Below are positions 1 to 12,792 of a stretch of DNA of 64,000 nt, piece after piece. The stretch is from Chrysomallon squamiferum (Eukaryota > Animalia > Mollusca), in NCBI GenBank assembly GCA_012295275.1, contig CM022666.1:10850001-10914000 (forward strand), read 5' to 3'. Position 1 is the first letter of the stretch, and the number at the start of each line of letters is the position of its first letter. The notes under the pieces were generated by a model. It was given only the letters and a program-made list of their open reading frames with translations. It made no database searches and was not told the origin of the DNA. Position numbers and translations under genes: made by a program.

Positions 1-189
1 TTTATGACTTTAATATTGCTACTGTTGGCATTTTATGACACTTTTAAATACATTTAGCAGTTTTACATTTTATGCTTTTTATGCTTTCTAAACAAAACAA
101 AATAAAATGTAATCAAAAATTGAAATTTGCAATACTTTTATCGGTTGACATGAAAGTGGTTGAATTGCCTAGCAGCCCTGTTCAAACAG

Positions 190-356
<167 letters not shown>

Positions 357-558
357 TATATATGTTTAAGTCGGTCTATGTAGAGACTGCATTTTCTGTC
401 AGTTCTACATTTTATTACTTATCCATTAAGATTGTAACTCATTGTTAAGTCGTCTTTTATTACATTCTTTACACGTAACCAACACATACTTCAGATTTAA
501 GAGCATCGGATTCATCCAAATTTAATATCTTTATTTTTAGGCAGTACAAGAAGTCGAA

Positions 559-1659
559 ATGAATATGACGGACAACATTTCAGTTTTAAATAGCACAATA
601 ATAACACTAATGGAAGACGTGACTCAAGTCCAAGAAACAGATGAAAACGAAACGTCACAAGCTGAATGGCCTTATTTTAATATATTTGGAAAAGAGTACA
701 TATCAGTTATATTTTTAATACTTATATCAGGCATTATTGGTAACGTATTCTCGCTAATATTAATGAGTGACAATAAACTGAATTCATTTTCATACTCTGT
801 TTATCTCCGATGGTTGGCTGTGTCGGACAGCATCGTTCTGATGTCAGTCACTACACAAGACATTACTGACTATTTCAATGTACTGGGTATCATCGAGCGG
901 TACCACGTGGCCGTTTGTAAACTGTGGAACTTTATCGTAACGGCATCTTCTCTCCTTTCGCCTTGGTTAGTAGTGGCTTTAACATTTGACAGATTTTTTT
1001 GTGTCGTGTTTCCTCTTTCTAGGGCGAAATTCTGCTCAAAGTCGGTAGCAATTAAAACCTGTAGCTTCCTGACAGTTGCGTCGGTAGGTGTGTGTGTGGG
1101 TTATCTGAAACAGAGCACGTACATAGATAATCGTTGTGATGTGATCAAGGACGTTTACTTTTCAGCTTTTCTAAATTTCTACACACTTGTTCTCTCGTCA
1201 ACACTTCCGTGCGTCTTAGTTCTCATTATGAACATAATCATCGTCATCAAGATTCGTCAAAGCTCGTCATTTCGTCAACACTTTCAGAACACAAAGGAAA
1301 AAGCAGACAAATCCTCTCGCCCGTTGATTCTCATTTCAGTTTTTGCTTTCATCACTCTCGTTCCTATTGCAGTCACAGAGTGCACTGAATACATTCTAGA
1401 TAGAGATTCACCAGCGAAAATATTAGCCAACAATTTATGGCCTGTGTTCAATTTGATATATCTTCTCAATTTTGCACAAAACTTTTACGTCTTAGTGGCC
1501 AGTTCCAAACACTATCGAAATACAATAGGAAGTAAACTGAAATGTGTCTTAAAGAAAAATACACGTTCATCAACGGTAAATACGTCATCTCGAACGTCAT
1601 CTTTACAGAAAACAACGCAAATGACAACGTCGGTTGAATGTGTTGAACTTAATATATAG
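559..1659 (+). CDS. Class A (rhodopsin-like) 7TM GPCR, FMRFamide/peptide-receptor-like orphan, 366 aa, single coding exon
   Basis: Seven hydrophobic segments. Motifs: GN in TM1, YLRWLAVSD in TM2, CK, TFDRF (DRY variant) plus VVFP, LP in TM5, LNFAQNFYV in TM7. N-terminal sequons NMT/NIS/NST/NET and an S/T-rich C-tail. Acceptor ttatttttag ends at 540, just upstream of the ATG. AATAAA at about 1967. Confidence 0.93.
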   Translation: MNMTDNISVLNSTIITLMEDVTQVQETDENETSQAEWPYFNIFGKEYISVIFLILISGIIGNVFSLILMSDNKLNSFSYSVYLRWLAVSDSIVLMSVTTQDITDYFNVLGIIERYHVAVCKLWNFIVTASSLLSPWLVVALTFDRFFCVVFPLSRAKFCSKSVAIKTCSFLTVASVGVCVGYLKQSTYIDNRCDVIKDVYFSAFLNFYTLVLSSTLPCVLVLIMNIIIVIKIRQSSSFRQHFQNTKEKADKSSRPLILISVFAFITLVPIAVTECTEYILDRDSPAKILANNLWPVFNLIYLLNFAQNFYVLVASSKHYRNTIGSKLKCVLKKNTRSSTVNTSSRTSSLQKTTQMTTSVECVELNI

Positions 1660-1701
1660 TTCTTTGTGAGATCTATAGAGTTTATTGATCAGTTTATGCC
1701 G

Positions 1702-1766
<65 letters not shown>

Positions 1767-3793
1767 CGGCAGCAACTGATGTTGTTGTTGTTGTCGTCGT
1801 TGCAGCGGTTGTTTTATTGTAGAAACTATTTCTTTGCTTTAAAAAGCTTTTAACATATAGTAAGCTTAAGAAACTACACTTCATGAACTAATAACATACT
1901 TATAGCAGTTACAGTGTCGAACTGTTGAATGTGTTTGTTGTATGTTCTGTAAATTACGTCGGTTTGAATAAAAAACACTTCTAAGAACATAAAGATTCTG
2001 CAACATTAATTGTTTCACTGAATAATTATAATAATGCTGTGAATTCGCCAGATAGGTGTGGATTATGGTAAAAAGACACGACTGTCATTTTCTACTGTTT
2101 GTACATTAACTGTAATAATTACTTTATACATGCAGCACCTTTAAGACAGTATGTAGTTATCAAAACATTAACTAAATATCTAGTTAATATCAGTATTAAT
2201 TTAGTAAAATCAACAAGAATGAGATTAATAAATGTATGTATCTATCGTGTTTTAAAGTTTAATCACATTATATGCGTGGTTTTTATTAATTCTATTGCTA
2301 CATAAACATAAATGATGATTTTTAATACTTGTAGCCAATTTTAGTTAATGTAATATATTACAAGGAATGCACTGTAGAATAATTTAGTTGAAGCTTTTAA
2401 CGAAAGCAGTTCATTTTATAGAAGCTATTGTAAATACACTAATGTAAAGCAGACACGGTACTTGAATTACAAATGAAGATCATACGTGAATCCTGACAGT
2501 AAAATTTGTTCTCGTAAATGAACAATAACGACAGTGTGAAAGATTGTTCCATCAACAGGCTATGCTTATGTTTAACATGCTTTTATCAGAGATCTGTTCA
2601 AATATGCTTTTCTCCGCCAGATATTTAAGTGCACGAGAGGAGGACACATTTACTGAATCAGCGCAGATAAACAGAATAATGGTTTTGATATAATCGGTTC
2701 AGTATTAACTTATAAAATGGTGAAGGTTCTATTGACAGTAGTTAATTGCATATTCAAATGAAGCGTTTAGCACCAGCTAAGTCTAATCCACAGAACACTG
2801 TTTTTCAGATAACTGATGTTGAAATCACTGGGCTGTAATAACATTAGCAGCGAAAAAACTGTATTTTAATTCTGATAAACCTGACTGATGTGTTAGAACT
2901 TTCTGTCACAGCATTTTATCAACATCTATTTCTTTTTTAGTGTGTAGACAGTTTTCATTCTCTACCCTTCGTTTGTATACAAATGTTTAACATTTTCGTA
3001 TACTATAAAATTTGTAAATGCATGTATGTATGTATGCATGTTTGTATGTTTGTGTGCTGTAAGTATGTGTGTATGTATATATTATATGTAAAACTAATGA
3101 AAAACAATTGCACAAAAGATGACATATGAAAATCAGAAGGAAACTACAAAGTAAGCTGGTTATTAGTTTCTATCAGACTGAACTACGTAGTGAATAGGAA
3201 CTTGATACTGATGAAGAGAAAAGAGCTTTCTTTTAACAATGACGTCCTTGTATTTAGAATGCGCTTAACAATACACTGGATAGTCCATTAATATTTCTCC
3301 TTGTAAGATAAAAGGTCAACAGATTTCATTTACTAATGGTCAGATATTGAGGTATAGTTTGATCGTTATTTAAATGTATTAGTGTATATGGGAAACAGAA
3401 AGATACATTCCTGGATTATTAAAGTGTATAGGTTGGAAAGTGAAAGATGAAAATAATTATTTTAATTCAGTGGGTTATTGGTATGATGCTTTTACTTCTG
3501 TTTTTTTTTTTTTTTTTTTTAAAGAAATTCACAAAACATTTGCTAAAAATCAGTTTCAATGTCTCTTCGTGTTAGAAGAGAAAGAGAAAAAGGGAAAGAA
3601 GTGATTGTGTGTGCCTTCTTCTGTTATAGAAATAAATTGTCTAATAAAATTATTTTTACTTCCAAGTTACTTTTTTATTATTATTATTATTATTATTTAT
3701 TGGGTAGGACGACCTCTGCCAGCCATGACAAAGTATGATAATAAAATAACGCTGTTATAAAATATTCATACGCCGTCATTTTGCCCTTCACAA

Positions 3794-3815
3794 CCGGAAC
3801 TGTGACGTCATGGCG
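3794..3815. promoter_or_regulatory. Compact Ets (CCGGAA) + full CRE (TGACGTCA) + YY1-like (ATGGCG) motif cluster
   Basis: caaccggaactgtgacgtcatggcg in a locally CpG-rich patch. Target gene not assigned. Confidence 0.35.
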
Positions 3816-5204
3816 AGACAGACTGAAGGCAGTGCAATCAGTCAGGATTGTTTTTAACTCATTAGATTGTGGAGAAGGGGAATCGCTAAATTTGTTCATT
3901 TGTTATGAATTTTTCAGTTAGAAAAACAAATGGAAAATATATAGGAAATCGCCTTTATATGGCACTCTTTTTCTTCCTTTCGTCTTCATTTTTATGTTTT
4001 TAATTTATTTTTTTAATTATTATTATTACTGCTTCTTTTTCTTTTTCTTTTTTTTTTTTGTTAATAAAAAATATGTCATTTTACAATCATCATCATCATT
4101 ATTATTATTATTATTATTATTCGAATATCGTCTACAGTAATTCAAAAATTGTACAGATCCCTGTTAATGAAAAGCATATTGATTTATTTTAATCAAGAGA
4201 GATGACAAACAAATAAAAAATAATGTTTAGCTGATGCTGTTATAGTCATTACAGGTGCTCCCAAGACTCGAGTGTTGTCGCAAACAAAGAGCGAAATAAT
4301 CCCTGCTGAACACCGGTAATGTGTCGTTAACTGAAAACATCATTAAATCTAACGTTTACGACCTTTTCTCATCACTTTATGGTAGAGTAAATCAGTATTT
4401 TGGAGTCTTTCGAATTCCATTCATTACAATTTATAATTTATCCAGACTGGTACATGTACGTTCATATACTCTTACGTTTTTGAAAAGGGGTGCTGTAATG
4501 AAGAAAACGGGCATCTGTATCTTCATTTTAGTTTTGATCTTCTTTTCGCGATTCTTCTTCTTCTTCTACTTCTTCGAAGGCCCAAACCAAAAATATTATA
4601 TCTTTTGAGGCGAAACTGTATTTAAGTTTTTATTTAAGAGCCATTCTGTTTTCAAGTATAGATTTTGTAGGCGACAACTATTACTCTCGAGAGTGTTGCT
4701 TTGAGAAAATAAAACAGTAAATTTATTTAGTTTTTCTGTTATTTAGGACTGCATCGGGTAATACTGACCTTCGCAGGATACAGCTTCACCTGAAAGCGTC
4801 ATTCTACACGGGTGTAGGAAATTATGGCACTGGTAAAAAAGCACATGCAAAAAATGGCACTATGGAAGCATACATATATGAATATATATATATATCTAGT
4901 ATGAATGTGTGTGTGTGAGTGTATGTATGTATATATACCCACACCATTATGCATAATTCATACAGAAACACGCATATATATCTATTATTTGTATTTATTA
5001 TTAATTTATTATTATTTTAACAGGAAAGGAAACATGAGACAGCTCAAAGGAAAAGTGAAAGAAAGTAGAAAAGAAAAACGAGAGAGAAAAATAGACAATC
5101 TGAAAGCTGTCAGTAAACAATAATGTTTTTTTTTAGGTGCCAGTTTTTACAAATTTGGATAGGACCATGTCTTCCAGGTTCCATTTTTTCCAGGTGCCCT
5201 TTTT

Positions 5205-5880
5205 GGTGGCTGGAAAAAAAGTCACAGAAAAAAGTCACAATTTAGTATAGGAAACAAAATCACAGGATAAAAAGTCACAGAATGTATGGGTGTTTAGAGT
5301 ATTGAAGGTGGCATCATAGAATGCATGGGGTAGTTGTTAAGCTTACTGATTAGGCTACATTAAAGAAAGAGGCTTCATATTGTGCAGGGGTGTTGACTTG
5401 TTACATTTATTATTTAGGATAAATTAGGCAGCTTACTGATTAAGATAGATTTAAACTAAGGGCTTCCTATTGTAAATGATTTATAAAATGTCCCAGGTTA
5501 AAATTTGTTTCACTATATATTCTCCAGCTTGCTTTAGTATCAGAAGTATGTTTAATAAGGAAGTTGTTCATAGCAATAAGGGTGGTAACAAAATCTGTTA
5601 TGAGGGGTTCATGTATACCAAAACATGCAACTTGCAAAACAAAGTTGTGGTGGAAATGCATCAAAAGATCTAGTTGTAACTGGCAGAATTTCTTCATGGT
5701 ACCTGGGTAGAACATCCGCCTAAACTACTAACATTAAAATCAAAGAACATTAACAAAAAATGCTGGCAAAATGTGTTTAATCTGTCTTTCAATTCTAATA
5801 TATTTCTTAATCTTAATTAAAAAATGTGACTTTTTACATGTGGTTTTTTTTTTTTTTTTCTTTGACTTTTTTCATAGAAT
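5205..5880. mobile_element. Nested MULE-like element (inner) with AAAAGTCACA/TGTGACTTTT subterminal repeats
   Basis: Left ggtggctggaaaaaaagtcacagaaaaaagtcaca, right tgtgactttt...tgacttttttcatagaat. CCCTTTTT occurs on both flanks. Interrupts the right-hand repeat tract of the outer element. Confidence 0.6.
5560..5677 (+). pseudogene. FLYWCH zinc-finger remnant of a MULE transposase (frameshifted)
   Basis: Reads EVVHSNKGGNKICYEGFMYTK, then after a 1-nt frameshift HATCKTKLWWKCIKRSSC. Matches the FLYWCH pattern S.KG..KL...G(F/Y).Y....WxC. Confidence 0.7.
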
Positions 5881-5939
5881 CCCTTTTTTTCCGGTACCAT
5901 TTTTTCCAGTGCCATTTATTCCGTACCGCATTCTAAACA

Positions 5940-5941
5940 AA

Positions 5942-5997
<56 letters not shown>

Positions 5998-6170
5998 TAC
6001 ACAGACACACACAAACATAAACACACACACGCACATAAACACACTCACGCACATATACACACAAACACAAACACACACAAACACAAACACATACACATAC
6101 ACACAAACACACACACACACACACAAAACAGACACACACATATACACACAAACACACACACATATACACA

Positions 6171-6207
<37 letters not shown>

Positions 6208-6268
6208 AGAAACACACACACACAAAACAGACACACACATATACACACAAACACACACACACAAACAC

Positions 6269-6299
<31 letters not shown>

Positions 6300-6368
6300 A
6301 ACACACACACACATACACAGAAACACATACACACACACACAAAACAGACACACACACATACACACAAA
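5940..6368. repeat. Degenerate compound (CA)n microsatellite
   Basis: CA runs interrupted by aaa/tata/aga variants, with internal higher-order repeats. Confidence 0.95.
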
Positions 6369-7705
6369 CCTGTTCAGTCTTGTGCGGAGGTCCGACGAAA
6401 CACCGTTCGTTCTTGTACGGAAATTCGTCAGTCAGCTGTATACATTCAGGGATCTGTGAACTTTATAAAACAGTATAAAATAATTGCTGAACTCTGACTT
6501 TTGATAAACTGTTTCTTTCAGTGGAGTGAACAATTAACATTTGATTATGCTTTGAATTCTAATCAAAACTTTAATTAGTTTTTCTTTAACTTTTGGTTTA
6601 TAAAAGAGAAAATTACTTAGTGTTTATTCGACGTCGTCTTTTGCTCTAGATATATGAATTCTTTTTAACTGTTCAGTGGACTGGACTGTAAAAACCGGGT
6701 TAACAAAGCCTGGAATCCGAATAGTTTATTATTTTGTGACGGGACGATGCACAAGTTTTGACAGATTGAAAAGTCAGCACCGTTATAATATATATATATA
6801 TAATATTGCAACTTCAAAACTGTTTTCATTACATTGACTTTAAATATAACGAAACCAAATACGTAACTGACATTTTTCACATGTTGTCCGGTATGCAGTC
6901 CCGGTTTACTTCCTGTTATGAGGTCGTGGCGGTTGTCTGTTCTTTGTTTGACAGATCTGTATTAATTTAATTCAAGTTTGTGAATGTTGCTTACCGATCA
7001 GCTACATAGCACAAAACAAAACTACTACGACACGGGCAAACGTACTGAAATAATGATAAAATAGGTGTGTTAAGATTTTTGTTTAATGAGAAATAAATAT
7101 CTAACATATTGCCGTAATGTATGTGACAAAAAAGCGGACCTGACGTTAGAAACGGAACGCTGTAGTTTAATCACATTGGTATGTATAATCTTGAACACTT
7201 CAGTACTGTCCACAGCTTTATTAAGTTTATTTTATGTGCTTTATGTTTGTAATAGTTTATAATAATTATTAACAAAGTGACAACATTTTTGAAGGAACAT
7301 TCTTACACCTATAAGACTTATTTATTTTATTCGAAAGATTTATTGTTGTATCTTTTTTGTTTTATTTATATTATTTTATTTTATTTTATTCATAGAGGCT
7401 GATTTTTATTGGTGTGCTTTGTATACAAATAACATTCATTTTACGAAAAACAAAAAAGCAGTTACCAAAAGACAACAAAATTAAAAAGATAAATAGTATT
7501 AAAACCTCCATATATATATATATATAGGTTAATGTAGTTCTCATTCTTTTTCTCTTTAAATTATTCATAAAATATATTTTATTTATTTATTTAATATCAA
7601 ATAATTATTATTTTTAATTCATTATCAAATTATTATTATTGTTATTGTTGTTTAAAACAATATAAAATGATGCAAGTAATATAATTTTTTACTGTTTCAG
7701 ATTTT

Positions 7706-8614
7706 ATGATGTCAGAAGACATCACATGGGAAGCTATGATGGTTGACAGACTTGTATTTGCCACGCAAGCAGATCGTCACTTTGAGTGTTGTGTGTGCTG
7801 CAGACAGTTCTCCCGCCGCGCCAGCCTCTCCAGACACATGCTGACTCACACACGCGAGAAAGCAGTCACTTGTCACGTCTGCTTACGATCGTTTGCACGG
7901 AAGGATCACCTGGACAGACACATGTTAATCCACACAGGTGAGAAACCGTACAGGTGTGAGGTTTGTCTGAAAGGTTTTGTCCAAGGTTCTGACCTGAAAC
8001 GTCACATGTACGTACATTCCAGCAGCCAGCCTTACAGATGTCAGGTCTGTTCAAATGGGTTTGCAGAAAGCGGGAAGCTGCAGCGCCACATGTTGACCCA
8101 CACGAGAGAGAAGCCGTACACGTGTGAAATCTGCTCCAAGCGGTTTGGACTGAAATCAAACTTAAAACAGCACTCGGTAACACACACAAAGTCATCAAAG
8201 TGTGCGGTCTGTCTGAAGTCATTTACACAAAGAGTCAAACAGAAGGAGGATTTGTCCAGTCAGACAGACACACAGACAAAATGTGAAACGTGTTTAAAAT
8301 GTGAAACGAGGACAAATGAACACAAAGTATACAACACAGAAAAACTGTTCAAGTGTGATGTGTGTTTGAAAGGGTTCACAGAAAATCAACACCTGAAGCG
8401 ACACCTGCTAGTTCACTCAGCCGAGAAACCGTTTAAATGTGGAATTTGTCTCAAGGATTTCACAGATAATCCACATTTAAAACATCACATGACATTTCAC
8501 AGTGGCAAGATATCCTTCAAATGTGGAATCTGTTTGAAGGATTTTTCACAGAGTGCAAGTCTGAAAAGACATATTTTATTTCACACTTATGAAAAACCAT
8601 TGAAAGCTCTTTAA
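7706..8614 (+). CDS. Tandem C2H2 zinc-finger protein, 302 aa (5+3 intact fingers around two degenerate ones)
   Basis: Repeated CxxC...F...L..H...H units with TGEKPY/TREKPY/SAEKPF linkers. Acceptor actgtttcag ends at 7700, so a 5' non-coding exon lies upstream (candidate donor 7065). Confidence 0.93.
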   Translation: MMSEDITWEAMMVDRLVFATQADRHFECCVCCRQFSRRASLSRHMLTHTREKAVTCHVCLRSFARKDHLDRHMLIHTGEKPYRCEVCLKGFVQGSDLKRHMYVHSSSQPYRCQVCSNGFAESGKLQRHMLTHTREKPYTCEICSKRFGLKSNLKQHSVTHTKSSKCAVCLKSFTQRVKQKEDLSSQTDTQTKCETCLKCETRTNEHKVYNTEKLFKCDVCLKGFTENQHLKRHLLVHSAEKPFKCGICLKDFTDNPHLKHHMTFHSGKISFKCGICLKDFSQSASLKRHILFHTYEKPLKAL

Positions 8615-9131
8615 AAATGAAGTATCTCCAGTTTTAAACATGATATTCCATATTCACCTGTGCATGTATGTTTGTGTATGTATGAATGTGTGTGTGTATT
8701 TGTGAGAGTCTATATATTATATTAAACATTCTTCTAAAGCCTTTCAGACAGATGCATTAATGAATAGCAAATATAAACTTTTCACCCTCATCTTAGCTTT
8801 AAATTAAAACAGAGATGCTTTTTTTACCAGGCAGAATGGAAATTAGATTTCATAATTGCATTTCACCGTTGAGGATAACTGAAAATAAATATATAGTGAA
8901 TGCCTCATATACAACTGTGAAGATGTATAATATGTTGGATGAACAGCTAATAATGGTTATTAAATGGTCTAGCTTTATTTATCTATTTTTTTATTAAATT
9001 TTTTATTTATTATTATTATTTATTACTGTTATTGTTGTTGTTGTTTTAATAATCTTGAGTCTTTCGTATATTCTACAATTTAAAAAATGATATCTTGTAT
9101 TTTGATAATAATTTTAAATATACCAAAGATG

Positions 9132-9215
<84 letters not shown>

Positions 9216-9552
9216 AAAACCTATAACGGTTTATTTTTAAGGCACAGTTCGAAGAAGAAAAAAAAATAGTTAAAGGGAGATAACTCAAAAGCATGTCTCC
9301 GTTAAATGTAATTATTTCCCTTGAATTATTTAGGCACACTGAGAAACAAAAAAACAAAATTAATAATAATAAATATTGTTATTATTAATAATAATTTTAA
9401 AAATATTAAAACTGTTGTTATTTATATATGTGCGTGTTGTCTGTGTCTGTGGTTGCGACTGTGAAATGACAGGAAAAAAACAGAAAAAAAAACGCATCAC
9501 TGGCAAATGAATACATACGATGCTGTAGATCTCAAAATTATGTTTTCATCTA

Positions 9553-9760
9553 CAGGGTGTCCACAAAGTCTGGGTACATAAGGGATTAACACATAGTTTT
9601 ATTTAATTCTAACGTTAATAAATAATGTTTTCAAAATGATTTCCATCACTTTCAATGCATAATTCTTTAGACAGAGCCATCATTCGATCTGGTAAGAAGA
9701 ATAACATAAATAAATAACATAGTAAAATTCCCCATGTATCCAGACTTTGTGGACACCCTG
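9553..9760 (-). mobile_element. Tc1/mariner-superfamily MITE/internal-deletion derivative, 208 bp, TA target duplication
   Basis: TIR CAGGGTGTCCACAAAGTCTGG at both ends, each flanked by TA. The minus strand retains ELCIESDGNHFENIIY*, a C....G.HFE transposase C-terminus. Confidence 0.85.
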
Positions 9761-10011
9761 TAGAACGATTAATTAGACAGTGACTCAGATAACGTGTTTT
9801 AAACTGGCGTTAGCCTGATCTTTACAGAGCTACTATACTTTGTATCCACGTAAGAGTTCAGCTGAATATAATTTAACAATTTCTTTAAATGTCAGATCAC
9901 ACACACACACACACACATGCACGCATACACACTGTGTGTGTGTGTGTGTAAATATATATAAAGAAATACATATTTATTTCTTGTGAATAAATCATAGCTT
10001 TATGTAATAAT

Positions 10012-10200
10012 AGCAAAAGTAGGAATAGTGGTAACAGCAACTGTATTAACATAGTTACAATGTTGGGTTATTTAGTGGATGGAGCTTTGTTTCTAAATTG
10101 TTTTTAAGTTCATGAAATTATAAAAATAACAATATGAAAGGGATACAACAAAAACTGATAAAAAACAACAACAAGAAAACAAACAACAAACTCAGAAAAT
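10012..10200 (+). repeat. Dispersed repeat, copy 1 (direct copy at 22784-23007)
   Basis: agcaaaagtaggaatagtggtaacagcaactgtattaac...atagttacaatgttgggttattta...ggagctttgtt...aagttcatgaaattataaaaataacaatat is shared with 22784-23007. Confidence 0.85.
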
Positions 10201-11233
10201 AACATTCAATAATAATAATAACAATAATAATTTATAGCAGAAAATGTAAGTAGCAGATGTCACAGACGTGTCGAGCAACTGACTGAGAATATGAAATAAA
10301 AAGTGGATTGTTATACATTTATGATTATTATTATTATTATTATTATTTATATATATATTATATATATATATATAATTATTATTATTATTTTTTTAATTCT
10401 ATCTTTACAGTTAGACGCATTGCAGATACTGAACAAAATATATTGATTTGTGATTGAAAACTGTCCAGTCTATAAACGTAGGTTCTCGCAGCTGCTAGGA
10501 CAGAAATCTGTTAATGTAGACTTCACACCGTCTCAAAATCTGCAATGAAATCTTTTCTCCAGTTTGATTCATGGACTTTAATACTCCAAATTCAGTTTGG
10601 AAATTACATTTAGCAATATTATCAACCCTTTTTCCGATATAGCAGAACTGGCCTTGGCTCTGTAACGTCGAGAATAACTTTATAGAAAATACAGACGTTT
10701 AGCTACGCGTTATTTTCTATCAATAAGAAATGTGGTTTAAGAATAATAGTAACTGTGCTGCTGTTTGACGCCGCCGTATTGATGTTTTCATAGATTTGTT
10801 TTTCTTCTGTTATTAATTGTTTATTACCTTCAGTTTACTCCTGTAACTAAATCATGCCAGCAGATGATAATCCGATAAATAATAACCCTTCATATGGTTT
10901 ATCTACATCGTGCTTGGTGTTTATATGTGTCTGTGTGTATATATGTATGTTTGTGTATATATACACATAACGACAAATTAAAGACAGGTTGAGTGAGTCA
11001 TTAAATCAAATTAATCTTCATACATTCTTCCAGCAGAGTCAGTTGCCTACTACAAAGGTTCAGCCACTTTTACAGTAACACTGGATGAACGTCATAGTAG
11101 AATATCCTGGTTTCATACCGTAGTTATTATTGATATTAAATGCATTACATTACACCAACGTACGTGTACATACAAACATGCATAAATGCCTGCATATAGA
11201 TACAAACATATACATACACATAAAATACGTACA

Positions 11234-11270
<37 letters not shown>

Positions 11271-12480
11271 CATACGCATATACTGACACTCGTAAACAAA
11301 CATACAATCACATACATACATTCATACATATAAGCATTTCTGCATACATACATGCATACGTAGATACATATTTACACGTGTATAACAAAGTGATTTAAAC
11401 CATTAAATAAACGAACTTACAGCCATCTATTGTAATGTTTTTGTTTATGATATATTTATTAAGTAACATTAATAGAATCGTTTGAAAACTATAAATTGTA
11501 GGATATCAAAGAAAATAAAAGTGATTTGTTTAATTAAATAATTTTTATTTCAGTTTGTAAAATCCTTCAAACATTAATAAATGAAACTCTAGGTTAACTA
11601 ATAATATTTTAACTTTTATAAAAATGAAAAAGACAAATTCCAACATTTTTCGATTAAAGAATTACTACTTTTTTAGTTTCTTCCATTCAGAGAGAGCAGT
11701 AACAGTACTACAACACCGGTAGTAGCAGTTGTTGTAGCATTAATTATAGTATTCGTAACAGTTGTTGTGGTAGTAGCTGCAGCATGATAATAGTACTACT
11801 GACAGCAAAGGCAGCAGCACTAGTAACAGCAACACTAGTAGCAGTAGTAATAACAATAGTTATAATAGTAGCAATAATAATAGTAATAACGCCGATAACA
11901 ATCACAGTAATAGTAATTAAATAACAAAAGTGAATGGAAATCTATGTACAATATATACTCAGCTGAAATGTGTCAGATTTTTTTTTTCTTTCTGTGGTAA
12001 TTTTTCGCATAGATCGGAACTTCGATTTATTAATCTGAGTAAGTAGCGTCTTTGGTTCAATTTTCTGTCTGTTTATATGTTGCTTGTGACTATAAAGTAG
12101 CGTACAAAGAATCGAATTAATATAATCTAGTGGAAACAACAAAATTAATTCCTAATTATTGACATAACAGACAAAACTAAATCTAAACATATAGGTAGCA
12201 GTATGCGTCATAAAAGAGCTACGTTGTATATCAGATACTTCACACAGAAGATACGTCATTCACACGATATGTCATGCATAAAATATCCCATACGTAAGAT
12301 ATGTCATATTCAAGATATACCAAACACCAGGTACGTGACGTATCAAACAGTTATACAGAATCTACACTATGTGTTTACCACTCTTGTTTACATGGGTCGT
12401 GTTTTCACGTAAACATAGGCTGTGATGAGTAAACAAACAACTGTCATCACAGGTAGAACCACAGTCCACACTTGTTCTCT

Positions 12481-12672
12481 AGCTTTCAGATTGTCAAGTT
12501 TTCTCTCACGTTTTTCTTTTCTACTTTCTTTCACTTTTCCTTTCAGCTGTCTCATGTTTCCTTTGTGTGAGAGAGTTTCCTGTTAAAATAATAAATTAAT
12601 AATAAATACAAATCATTGATATATCAGCGTGTTTCTGTATAAATTATACATAAGGGTGTGGGTATAGATACA
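12481..12672 (-). repeat. Dispersed repeat, inverted copy of about 4930-5108 (interior of the outer MULE-like element)
   Basis: The reverse complement matches aacaggaaa...ggaaacatgagacagct.aaaggaaaagtgaaagaaagtagaaaagaaaaacg...acaatctgaaagct. Confidence 0.85.
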
Positions 12673-12696
12673 TTCATTCATTCATACATACATACA

Positions 12697-12729
<33 letters not shown>

Positions 12730-12760
12730 GCATACATACACACACACATATATACATACT

Positions 12761-12792
<32 letters not shown>

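Larger units (their letters stand above)
4809..5928. mobile_element. Non-autonomous MULE/Mutator-like element (outer) with tandem subterminal ATGGCAC/GTGCCAT repeats
   Basis: Left end cgggtgtaggaaattatggcac...aaaatggcac and right end gtgccatttattccgtaccg. Flanked by a near-perfect 9-bp duplication, CATTCTACA (4800-4808) and CATTCTAAA (5929-5937). Confidence 0.65.
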
